NCBI RefSeq assembly: GCF_006345805.1
Contig: NC_043009.1
Coordinates: 1,426,001 to 1,490,000 of the forward strand
Length of the DNA: 64,000 nucleotides
Direction of reading: 5' to 3'
From: Octopus sinensis
Lineage: Eukaryota
Shown here: in pieces, positions 1-11,399 of the stretch
How the letters are laid out: each line of letters begins with the position of its first letter
Position numbering within the stretch: the stretch's first letter is position 1
Notes under the pieces: model-generated
Told to the model about the DNA's origin: nothing
The model's database searches: none
What the model saw: the letters and a program-made list of their open reading frames with translations, nothing else
Made by a program: the position numbers and the translations under genes

Positions 1-290
1 AAACAAGTCTAATGCTTCCGGTTGTCTTGTCCTGTGATCTTAGGTCAGCCCTGGTCAAGGATTCCCATGTCAGGCTGAGAGTTGTTTCAATGACTTGGTA
101 TGTATGAGACAGAGATCTATTGTTCCTCTGACACCATAAACACTGTGACAAGCTGAGAAGAGTCACATGGGGTGTAATGTGAGTGTTTGGATGTGTAGTA
201 GTCTCTTGTTTTTGGTCTTCTGTCATGGGGTTGTTTTGCTCCTTTTCAGCCCCGGCCTAGCAGACCTCCTCCACAACATCATTGTTTTAA

Positions 291-496
291 CCCTTTCGAT
301 ACCAACTTGGCTGAAACTGCCTCTGTAGTACAAATGTCTTATTTTCATAAGTTTTGAATTAAAATCTCCCACCAAACCTTAGTCACAATTTATGTTCCTG
401 AATGATAACTAAGTTATTTTACTAAATTCTTTGTTATATTTAAAATTAATTGAAAGAAACTCAGAGCATCTCAAAATAAATACAGTAATGAAAGGG
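291..496. mobile_element. piggyBac-like MITE (family G)
   Basis: TTAA at 287-290 and 497-500; termini CCCTTTCGATAC / GTAATGAAAGGG; second copy at 54183-54404. Confidence 0.75.
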
Positions 497-502
497 TTAA
501 CA

Positions 503-810
503 TCCACTTTCCCATGCTTGCATGGGTCAGATGGAGTTTGGGGCAGATTTTCAATGTTGGATGCCCTTCCTTTCACCAACCCTCACCTGTCTCCAAGGAA
601 AGTATTTCTCTGTGACCAGACATGGTTTTGCAGAATAACACTACTTGTGAGACACACATACACACACAAGCGATTGCCTTTCAGTTTCTTTCTACCAAAT
701 CCACTCGCAAGGCTTTAGTAGAAGAGACTTGCTCAAGGTGCCACGCAGTGAGACAGAACCTGAAACTATGAAGTTGGGAAGCAAACTTCTCCATCACCCA
801 ACCATTGTCT
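503..810 (-). mobile_element. SINE A fragments (RTE-like tail 503-640, head 660-810)
   Basis: Matches SINE A head block (CAAGGTGCCACGCAGTG, TTGGGAAGCAAACTT) and the A2 tail block (GGATGCCCTTCC, CATGGGTCAGA). Confidence 0.7.
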
Positions 811-1185
811 GTGTGTCCATGATAAAAATAAAGTTCCAGCTGAAGGAGGGGGACAGCCATTGGATATAACTAAAAAAAAAAGGATGAAACCTGTTGGAGG
901 GGTGATGATCCTGAAATGGAGATGAGGTCAAATACAGGTCAGTCAGAACAGTAGGTGGGGCCTCACATTAGTGAAGCGGGGGTCAATGCACTGAAAGCTG
1001 TCAAGAGGAGGTCTCCAAAAGGGTGCAGATTCTCTCCTGATGACCCTCAAACCAACTGACATCCAGTGTGTGGAGTCTTTGACTGATTGCATCTGCACTA
1101 GCAAGCTGATACCAAGTTGCTCTAAACTGGATGAACTAAGAAACCCCTAGTAGTAGTAGTAGTAGTAGTAGTAGTAGCAGCAGCA

Positions 1186-1530
1186 GTGGAGATGCAATGG
1201 CCCAGTGGTTAGAGCAGCGGGCTTGCGGTCGGAGGATTGCGATTTCAATCCCCAGACCAGGCGTTGTGTGTGTTTATTGAGCGAAAACACCTAAAAGTCC
1301 ATGAGGCTCTGGCAGGGGCTGGTGGCGACCCCTGTTGTACTCTTTCCCTCCAACTTTCTCTCACTCTTTCTTCCTGTTTCTTGTTCCCGACTTCCTACGC
1401 AACTGCTGAGCCTGGATGTGCATTCATCCATCCGTTGATGCTCTCGGTGTCGGGGGTTGACCTGCTTTCTCTTCTGCGGGTCTTACGAATAGCAAAGGAC
1501 CACGTTTCGGACTTCTCCCACTACAGAGGT
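1186..1530 (+). mobile_element. tRNA-derived SINE C, tail variant 1
   Basis: A box TGGCCCAGTGG, degenerate B box GATTTCAATCC, body TTGAGCGAAAACACCTAAA shared with copies at 27369, 42250, 53864. Confidence 0.8.
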
Positions 1531-2955
1531 ACGATCTTGTGAGCTCTGGGATGAAGATAAAATCAGAGTAAAAGACCCACTGACCATCCCTGGATCAGTT
1601 GCTCTTTTCTGTCTCAAATCGATGGTTGTTATGGCTAATATTAATTCTTTTAATGTTCAAAGCCTGCATTCACATGAACAGAGAAAACTGTTACGACTGG
1701 AGACATAAATAAGAATAAGTTTAGTCGGCTGATCTTTATCACCATCTTAAGTATGGAGTTTATGCAAAGACACTGCTTTGACTAAAGATACAAGTGAGCG
1801 TGAGGTTATTTGGGTGATCTTAAGTTAACTTCAGAGTTGATGCCAGTACATATAATATCACCGAGCAATCAGCTTCGTTTCTTTCCTTTTATTATTGTCG
1901 TTTGCTTTTATTAACTGAAAGCTTTTAACAGTGAATTAACAAACTCGCAGTATAAAAATGAATGAGAGAGAAAATTTAAGATTTCAGAAGTTAATAAAAA
2001 TGCCAATGGCACAAGAATTAATCCAACCCAAGTAACAAAATTAATAAACAGGTTGCTTAAAATAAATCTTTTCTTCTTTTACATTTTATGAGATGGAACA
2101 AACTTTCCCAATGTTATTGGTTTAACCTAGTTTGTTAAATAACAGGTTTGAAGCAGTGACTAAAAAAAGTGGTTGAGCAGTTTTTCATAGATCAGACTCT
2201 GCTTTCAATTTAACCAATATTTCATGATCTCTATTTTACAGAATCATAATGGGCAACACAATAAAGTAACACATAGGATTAGCCAGGATTTGAACCAAGG
2301 ATTAGGGGTCCTGGTTATTTAAGTTATTTAACTATATCCACCATTAGTCATCTAATTTACCTTTTATTTTTCACTCGTTACAGTCATTGGACTGAGGCCA
2401 TGCTGGAGTATTGCCTTGAAGAGTTCAGTTGAACAAACCTAGCTCAGAATATTTTTTTTGTTTTTACCTCTGGATCTTATTCTATTGGTCTTTTCTTTTC
2501 TAATTATAAAGTTACGAGGATATAAATAAAGGAACACAAGGTGTCAAACAAGCAGCGGGGACAAATACACACACATTTACATATATATATACACACCACA
2601 CACGTGTGCATGCACACACACATGATGGATTTCAATGCAGTTTATATCCATATAATTCCTTATCAATTGTTGAGCAGGTTTAAACCCATTTGTCCATCTC
2701 TGTTCAATCCTCTCATGCCCACTTCATGAGAAACACTGACTAAGACTCATACACGAGTTCATTCATGAATTTGTTCATTCTGTGTTTGAGCCTTGTGAGT
2801 GGATTCGGTTGACAGAAACTAAAAGAAGCCTGGCATATATGCTAACATGTATTAAATGAATCTTCCCTTTCATGTTTCACCAGTTATAACCCTCATCTTT
2901 TCCTTTGTGAGGTCCAGCATTCTCAGGTCAGCCTTCACTACTTTTTCTCATGCTT

Positions 2956-3370
2956 AGTTCTGTCTTAAGCCATGGGCACAATGGGCAGTTACCTAGGGGC
3001 CCAAGTATGATCTATGTATGCCATGGATTGCTGTCAATACATACTACGGGGCCTTGTGCAATAATTTTCTGAGGGGCTGCAAGGGTCTGGGACCCAATTC
3101 TGATCTATGCATGCTATGACTTTCTGTCAATAAATAAATATTATAGGGAGCAGCTCAACGATTTTCCTTGGGGCCTCATGAGTCTAGGGTCCAATTCTGA
3201 TCTATGTATGCTATGCCTTTCTGTCAATAAATAATTACAACAGGGCCCAGTGCATTGAGCTATGGCCAAATTCTGATCTCTATATGCTGTAGCTTGCTAT
3301 CAATAAATAAATGCCATAGGGCCCAGTGCATCGATTTGCCTGGGGGTTTCTAATGCTCCTAAGATAGTTC
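2956..3370. mobile_element. probable MITE with four internal repeats
   Basis: Imperfect TIR AGTTCTGTCTTAAG / CCTAAGATAGTTCT, GGGCCC subterminal motifs, 4x TGATCTATGTATGCTATG..TGTCAATAAATA. Confidence 0.5.
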
Positions 3371-3720
3371 TCCTCATGTCTTCCTTGCACATATTCTTCC
3401 ACAATCCATTGTCACCTAATTATCATTGTTCATATGCATCACATGACAATACAGATGAAGTCTTCTCTCTTGCAAATTTGTAGCTGATTTCTCTGCTGCC
3501 CATTTTTTTTTCTCTCGGCTCATCTGTTTTATCATTTATTCTTATTGAAATTACACATCCAGTGAAGCACGTCCACCTCATTTCTTTCCAGTCTTTGCAC
3601 ATTCTCTGCATTTCGTGCTCTTAGATACCACTGAACACACACTGTAAAGTGGTTGGTATCAGCAAAAGTATCCAGTTGTAGACAACATGAAACCATGCTA
3701 AAGTGATTTAGGGGTGGGGT
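3370..3720 (-). mobile_element. RTE-clade LINE fragment (RT C-terminal region)
   Basis: Minus frames give WYLRARNAENVQRLERNEVDVLHWMC and RRLHLYCHVMHM, matching the RTE W..L...RLE..E..MLRWMC / RRLRWYGHV pattern; frameshifted. Confidence 0.75.
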
Positions 3721-4769
3721 CATCAAAGCCCTATTGGCTCACTGACCCTGTCAAACTGTCCCGACCTTTGCCAGCATGGAAAACAAATGCTAAATAATGA
3801 TGATACATATGAATGTGTATGTCTGAGAAAATGCACAAACTTGTGAGATAGTACTGACAAAAAATAGCTACAAAACAACGCCCACACACAAACATATTCC
3901 AAAACATGTTTAAAATGCTTATATATGCATTTATAACACACACACATCGTATATATGTATATATGTATATATATAGATTTACAGTAATATATATTCATAT
4001 AATGAATCAACCCTCACATCTGTTCTTAGGCTATTTTCCAAATTTGTAACTCTTTAAGGCACGTATTAACAGCAATTTTAATTACCTCCCTTAGCTAAAT
4101 GTTTTCCCAGGAAAACATTAGCAAAGCAATAATTTGTAATTGACTTGTATTCACTTGTATGTATGTGTGCATATATATACACACACGCACTCACACACAC
4201 ACTATTTCTTTATTACACACGCACTCACACACACACACACAACCGTGCTTGCCCACACACAACCACATGTAAACATCACACAGATGCATACGAAACGCCC
4301 TCATTTATCACATCACTGGTGCATCCTCCGCTCCTCCAAGCATCATTACAGATGGACATTTCAAAACATTTTACTCAGTTGGTGCCATAGATATAACATC
4401 GACTACACCAGCACCACCATCACCCACCTCCACTCACACAACTACAAAAAAAACCCCCAACAAAACAAAACAAACACACACCAAATATATACCTGCCCTT
4501 CCTCACCAAATTACTCTGCTCCACCCCCAAAATTTCAAGAAAACGAAACAAGGTACAAAATCTAAAGAATTAACTTAAGGATATTTTTTTCTTCTTTTTT
4601 TCCTGAAGTTTTGGTAAATAATCATCCGAGTAATTCAAGTGAAACGGAGCTTTTTATGTTTAAGTGTGTCTGAAATCTGGGATTACCATTAACGTCCCTC
4701 AATAGCTATTTACAACAACATCTTGGCATCAATGCAGTTTTCTACATCTGCTACCTCATTTCATAACAT

Positions 4770-5420
4770 TCCGTCATCACCATCATCAGCATCATGATCG
4801 TGATCATCGTCACCATCATCATAATCCCATCATCATCATCATCACACTGCTACCACCACCATCGTCATCGTCATTGTTCCAACCCTTGGCCTTACCATCG
4901 CATGATTCTTACTCTCCCTCATTCTCATCATCTAGTTTTATCCTTTTCCTCATCACCACCATAAAGCTTTAAGCTTCATCTTTCCTTTACTCTGCCTCTT
5001 CGTTCTCCTCTTTATACCCATTTAATTCCATCTTTACCTCCTTCACTACCACTTGCAGCAACAGTCCCACTGCCACCATGACCACCACTACCACCATCAT
5101 CATCATCAACAGTTTTTATTGCTATACAAACTCACCAAGATTATTACGATATGCACAATCACTTTTGTCCCCCACAAACTCTCAACCACCACCACCACCA
5201 CCACCACCGCAATACCTATCAATATTCCTGCCAACCACCACCACTGCCACCGCCACCTCCACCACCACCATCATTCTGGTTAGCACTCTCACCATTACCA
5301 TAATTATTCCAACTTGTCATGAATAGCAAGTGTAACAGCAACAACAACAACAGCAACAAGAGACACCGTGGCAGGACATCATCATTTCTAGAAGCTCCAT
5401 CACTGCTACCATCACCACTG
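4770..5420. repeat. CAT/CAC/CAA trinucleotide low-complexity region
   Basis: Visible degenerate triplet runs; source of the poly-H/T/P ORFs. Confidence 0.9.
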
Positions 5421-5504
5421 CTTTAGTCGTTTCCCCACTAGCGTCACTGGTATCAACACCAGCTGTCAGATGCAACACTACAAACAGCAATGTAGTCATT
5501 CTTT

Positions 5505-5776
5505 TATTTGTTTCAGTCATTAGACTGTGGCCATGCTGGGGCACCACCTCGAAGAATTTTTAGTTGAATGAGTCAACTCCAGAACCAGTTCTTCTTTTAA
5601 GCTTGGTGCTTATTCTTTTGGTCTCTTTTGCCAAACCACTAAGTAAAGGGGATGTAAACACACCAACATTGGTTGTGAAACAGTGTTGGGACAGACAGAT
5701 AGAGATACACAGATACACACAAACACATGCAAACACAAACACACAGACAGACACACAGACAGACAAGCAGACGTGC

Positions 5777-5808
<32 letters not shown>

Positions 5809-5830
5809 GAATGTATGTATAAGTGCCAAT
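5505..5830 (-). mobile_element. SINE A1 3' half
   Basis: TTTCAGTCATTAGACTGTGGCCATGCTGG tail and ACACCAACATTGGTTGT body. Confidence 0.8.
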
Positions 5831-5874
5831 GCATGAAACTCATGAACCTCGAGTGACTCTGTAGCTTCAGCTAA

Positions 5875-6065
5875 ACAGTAATGGTTTTAAATTCTGGCAC
5901 AAGGCCAGCAATTTCAGAGGAGTGAGTAAGTCAATTACATCAACCCCATTATTTAACTGGTACTTCTTTTATTGACCTCATAAGGATGAAAGGCAGAGTC
6001 AACCATGACAAAATTTCAACTAAGATCATAAGGACAGTCAAAAGCCTGCTATCAATTCTGCCAGC
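5875..6065 (-). mobile_element. tRNA-derived SINE B
   Basis: GGCACAAGGCCAGCAATTT tail, GGATGAAAGGCAGAGTC body, TTCTGCCAGCTC head. Confidence 0.75.
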
Positions 6066-6199
6066 TCAATATCAATTGAAATATACATAAACTCATATTT
6101 TGAGATCTATTTTCTCTGTTTAATCAACATATATGACAGGCTTCTTTCAGTTTCCATCTACCAAATCCACACAAGAGTTTGCTTGGCTTGAGGCTATAT

Positions 6200-6420
6200 T
6201 CTTTTATTTGTTTCAGTCATTTGACTACAGCCATGCTGGAGCACCGCCTTTAGTTGAACAAACTGATCCCAGGATTTATTCTTTGTAAGCCTAGTACTGA
6301 TTCTATTGGTCTCTGTTGTCGAACCGCTAAGTTATGGGGACGTAAATACACCAGCATTGATTGTCAAGCGATGGTGGGGGGACAAACACATACACACAAG
6401 CATAAACATATAATAATATA

Positions 6421-6465
<45 letters not shown>

Positions 6466-7110
6466 CATATATGTACATACCTGCATATGTATATATACCT
6501 GCATATATGGGTACAGGACATCAAAAAAATGTGAACAAAATAAAAAACGAAAACATAACAAAAACATGGGAAACAAACTTTTTTTTCAAACAACGAAAGA
6601 AACAAATAGAGAAACAAGACAGGTAAGTAAGTACGTACGTACATACATACATACATATATACATACATACATATACATATGTATATACACACACACACAC
6701 ACACATATATACATACATACATATACATATGTATATACACACACACACACACACATATATACATACATACATATACATATGTATATACACACACACACAC
6801 ATATATACATACATATACATATGTATATACACACACACACATATATACATACATACATATACATATGTATATACACACACACACACACATATATACATAC
6901 ATATACATATGTATACACACACACACACACACATATATACATACATACATATACATATGTATACACACACACACACACACATATTATATATATATATATA
7001 TATATATATACAACAGGCTTCTTTCAGTTTCCGTCTATCAAATCCACTTACAAGGCTTTGGTTGACCGAAGGCTATAGAAGAAGACACTTGCCCAAGGTG
7101 CAACACATTG
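6200..7110 (-). mobile_element. SINE A1 with expanded internal microsatellite/minisatellite
   Basis: 3' half at 6200-6400 and 5' part at 7010-7110 in the same orientation, separated by TA/CA-derived sequence. Confidence 0.7.
6640..6985. repeat. minisatellite, about 9 units of 34-42 bp
   Basis: Unit ATACATACATATACATATGTATATA(CA)nCAT repeated; length varies mainly in the CA run. Confidence 0.9.
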
Positions 7111-7214
7111 GGGGTGAGAAGGTCATCTGCTGGCTTGTTGCCTTCAGAGATGTGAAATAAAGGATCTCTTATTTGGACAACAGATAAGGCTTCATTAGCA
7201 GAAAGGCATCCGGC

Positions 7215-7540
7215 TTGGGCAAGTGTCTCCTACTGTAACACTGATCCAACAAAAGCCTTGCGAGTAGATTTGGTAGACAGAAACTGAAAGAAGCATATCA
7301 TGTGTGAGTGTGTGTCCTTGTCTGCACATCATATGATGGTTCTAAATAAGCATCAACAGCAGACAAGCAAAGTTGATCATTTTCAGTCTTCTGTGAAGAA
7401 AATGTCTAACTGTGGGGAAAATATTATTTTACTTGGAAACAGGTGGCACAAAGGGCATCCAGCCATAGAAAATCTGCCTCAACAAATTCCATCTGACCCA
7501 TTCAAATATGGAAAAGGGAACATTAAATGATGATGATACA
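7215..7540 (+). mobile_element. SINE A2 (A head plus RTE-like tail)
   Basis: GGCAAGTGTC..GAAACTGAAAGAAGC followed by GGGCATCCAGCCATAGAAAATCTGCCTC..ATTAAATGATGATGAT. Confidence 0.7.
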
Positions 7541-7720
7541 GATGTGTGTGTACTTTTTTTCTAGTTATTGCTAGTTTGTCTTTACAGATAACAATTTAAT
7601 TTACGGAGATGTACTTGCATAGCAAGTGACTTGATCTGAGATCATGTGCTGGAACGAAATTTAATTTAATTCAATAGTCATCTTTTCTTTTATCAGTTGT
7701 TTATTTATTTGATGACGATG

Positions 7721-7752
<32 letters not shown>

Positions 7753-8100
7753 TATACATAGCTGTAGGGATGACTGTGTAGTAAGAAGCTTACTTTCCAA
7801 CCACATGGTTCCGGGTTCAGTCCCACTGCATGGTACCATGGGCAAGTGTCTTCTACTATAGCCTTGAGCCAACCAAAACCTTGTGAGTGGATTTGGTAGA
7901 TGGAAATTGAAAGAAGCCCATTGTATATATACATAATAGGCACAGCAGTGGTTGTGGGGTAAGAAGCTTGCTTCCCAACCACATGGTTCTGGGTTCAGTC
8001 CCACTGCATGGCACCTTGGGCAAGTGTCTTCTACTAGAGCCTCAGGCTGACCAAAGCCTTGAGAGTGGATTTGGTAGACAGAAACAGAAAGAAGCCCATC

Positions 8101-8140
<40 letters not shown>

Positions 8141-8141
8141 A

Positions 8142-8416
8142 TATATAATATAATTCGAGACAAAACCACTATTTTAAAATCAAACAAGGAAATACTTAAT
8201 CAATACATAAAATTTTAATATAAATTAAATAAACCGCCACTACTTCATAATTTGATACTGATTAGAAGATCGAAAATCCACCTGAAGAATGTCAGTAGAG
8301 GACAGGAAACAATTGTAGTGGCGGTTTATTTAATTTATATTAAAATTTTATGTATTGATTAAGTATTTCCTTGTTTGATTTTAAAATAGTGGTTTTGTCT
8401 CGAATTATATTATATA
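8142..8416. repeat. perfect 102-bp inverted repeat with 71-nt spacer
   Basis: 8142-8243 is the exact reverse complement of 8315-8416 (checked base by base). Confidence 0.95.
8278..8321 (+). ncRNA. minimal type I hammerhead ribozyme motif (Penelope-type)
   Basis: Stem I CCAC/GTGG, core CTGAAGA, stem II TGTC/GACA (A.G at 10.1/11.1), GAAA, palindromic stem III ACAATTGT, cleavage triplet GTA (8315-8317). Confidence 0.7.
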
Positions 8417-8495
8417 ATATTTTACTATAAAATTGGATTTAACCCTAAATCTGATTTTTCCCTGTAATTTTGGATTCATTCCCTAATATTTATTA

Positions 8496-8527
<32 letters not shown>

Positions 8528-9223
8528 TTGTATATGTTTGTGTGTCTGTCCCACCACCATTGCTTGACAATCGATGTTGGTGTGTTTACATCCCTGTAAC
8601 TTAGTGGTTCACCAAAAGAGACTGATAGAATAAGTACTCGGTTTACAAAGAACAAGTCCTGGAGTCGGTTTGCTCAACTAAAGGTGATGCTCTAGCATGG
8701 CCGCAGCCAAATGACTGAAACAAAATCATATACATATATATACATATATATATGTGTGCCCTTTCAGAGAAACTCAGTCTTTTCTGAGTGGCATATGACC
8801 CTGACACAGGAACTGTTGCCAGAGCAATCCATGTCATATTCAACACTCAACAAGCGACGTTGTGCAAGTGTCAAAGATTACTATGCAAATAATTCATCAG
8901 ATCAATACAGAATCATATGATATTTAATGCTCTCAACTAATGACTCATGTCTTCACAGCATTGTCTCTGCTGATTTTTTTCTTCATATTCTTTATATTAA
9001 TAAAGTCTGGTCTACACCAGCTCTTGACAAGGAGATTTTTGACAGACTTATGAATGATTAAGCCTACTTATTTATGGCTTTCTCTTGAATATATACAACA
9101 GAGTATATATTATTATGATAATTTGTTGGGTATTTTTTTAATTTTTCACTTGGTAGAGGCATAATTAATTGAATCATTTCTTGTATGAGTTCCTGCTTTG
9201 TGTTTTGAGTATCATTTATCTAG

Positions 9224-9690
9224 AGCAGGTCTGACCAACTCGAATTACATTGTGGGCCACTTTAATCACAGGAAGTTTATTGAGGGCCGCTTGTATACTG
9301 ACAGAATTGAAAGCATTTTGCTTTCTCGTGCTATTATTACAATAATGAGTGAATGATCGTTGAGTCAACATGAAATATTATCGTTGCAAAAACAGGAGTA
9401 TCTTTCTTTTTTACTTTTCATTACAATCTTTAATCATTGATAAAATTTTTTTTAATGTTTGTTTAAATAAACCCATTTCAAGAAAGTATCAAGTGGGCCA
9501 CAATATAAAAGTCTGTGGACTGCAAGATAAAAGTCTGCAGGTCACAAAATAAAAGTCTATGGGCCACAAGAGTTTGAGGGTTGCAAGATGAAAGTTTGCT
9601 GGCCGCAAGTGTCCGAGGGTTGCAAGTGTCTGAGGGTTGCAAGTGTCTGAGGGTCGCAAGATAAAAGTCTGCAGATCAACCTGTGGCCTA
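9224..9690. mobile_element. possible hAT-like MITE relic with short tandem repeats
   Basis: CAGGTCTGACCAAC start, GGGCCAC/GGGCCGC motifs, repeated GCAAGATAAAAGTCTG and GAGGGTTGCAAGTGTC units. Confidence 0.4.
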
Positions 9691-10282
9691 TGCCAGGGGT
9701 GTAACCAGCCCACTTATGCATACCTTTCTTTCATTGGACACTAAACTCTGCTTGCGAAGACCTGTTGAGGCAAGTGAAATCGAAATCAAATTTGCTGACA
9801 TGGCCGATGACAACACCACCTGACTGGCATCTGTGCTGGTGGAACGTTCAGAGCACCATCCGAGGATGATTGTTGCCAGGGCCACCGACTGGCTCTTGTG
9901 CCGGTGGCATAAAAAAAGCACCATTTGAACATGATCGTTACCAGTGTCGCCTTACTGGCACTTGTGCTGGTGGCATGCAAAAAACAACATTCTAGCGAGG
10001 TCGTTGCCAGTGCTGCTGGACTGGCTCCTGTGCAGGTGACACATAAAAAACACCACTTGAGCATGGCCGTTGCCAGGAACGCCTGACTAGCCCTCATACC
10101 AGTAGCATGTAAAAGCACCCACTACACTCTCAGAGTGGTTGGCATTAGGAAGGACATCCAGCTGTAGAAACTCTACCAGATCAGATTGGAGCCTGGTGCA
10201 GCCATCTGGCTCGCCAGTCCTCAGTCAAATCGTCCAACCCATGCCAGCATGGAAAGCGGACGTTAAACAATGATGATGATGA
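9690..10282 (+). mobile_element. RTE LINE 3' end with five about 65-bp tandem units
   Basis: Ends CCAACCCATGCCAGCATGGAAAGCGGACGTTAAACAATGATGATGAT; the same UTR follows RTE coding remnants at 62590-62870. Confidence 0.75.
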
Positions 10283-10524
10283 TTTTAGTGTCCATTTTCC
10301 AGAGGGATAGAAATGTGTTTTGCTGTAGAGGAGATACATAGGTAACCAGTCTGCTGGAGAGGGAGAGAGAGAAAGAGAGAGAGAGAGGGAGAAGTGGAAG
10401 AGAGCAAGAGGGTGAGAGTGCAAGAGAGAGTAGAAGAGAGATGGTGAAGTGTCAGGGCATACCCTCAAGGTACAGGGCATCAGAATATAAATGGGACGAT
10501 AGAGTATTGCCAAGGGTGCTGCAC

Positions 10525-10561
<37 letters not shown>

Positions 10562-11139
10562 GCATTCTCAAATCTCTTGCACCTGTTCACAAGATATTTG
10601 ATCTGTGGTCGTGGTTCAGATTAAATTGCATTGCGTAAAAATTGTTGTGATCATAGTTACCTGTGTACACTAGTGCGTATACTTTTACTAATCTTTTTTT
10701 GTGAATCAATGTCATTCATTGTATATCTACGATTTTTAAACTGATAGTCTCCTTCTCTGAATCTCAAAGATACTTTGTAAAATATTTTATTACAATGCAA
10801 CAAAAGCAAAGGAAAGTGAATATATGCTTTTAATACCTGCAATAACTACCATGAAATTCAAGATGTCCAACCATAACCATCCACTCATTTTACCTTCTTA
10901 TATGCCCTTCTTTATTTTATGATAACAAAGCATCATTTAAAGAACATTTAGCTACTCTTTCTGGCTGACAGAGCAATCACCTATTCATTTCTTACTGTCC
11001 CGTTCAGTGACTGGTATTTTGTACAAGGACCAACATCAACCTCGTCGACAAAGAAGACATCAAAACTGTTTCAGCTAAAATTTGTTACCTGTAAAATACT
11101 GAAAATAGGAAAAGCATTTCTACTTCTCTCTGTTCAGTT

Positions 11140-11350
11140 TTATTCTTTTTACTAGTATCAATCATTTGACTGTGGCCATGCTGGAGCACCGCCTTTAGTT
11201 GAACAAATCGACCTTAGGACTTATTCTTTGTAAGCCTAGTATTTATTCTATCGGTTTCTTTTGCCAAACCACTAAATTACAGGGATGAAAACACACCAAC
11301 ATTGGTTGTCAAGCAATGGTGGTGGTGGGGGACAAACACAGACACAGATA
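11140..11350 (-). mobile_element. SINE A1 3' half
   Basis: CATTTGACTGTGGCCATGCTGGAGCACCGCC..TTGTAAGCCTAGTA. Confidence 0.85.
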
Positions 11351-11354
11351 CACA

Positions 11355-11394
<40 letters not shown>

Positions 11395-11399
<5 letters not shown>

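Larger units (their letters stand above)
7760..8730 (+). mobile_element. two tandem SINE A heads plus A1 3' half, interrupted by a fold-back element in the (TA)n spacer
   Basis: Heads at 7760-7930 and 7935-8105, 3' half at 8530-8730. Confidence 0.8.

Noticed and set aside
4056-4065. TAAGGCACG resembles the miR-124 start
   Set aside because: Nine-nt match with no hairpin.
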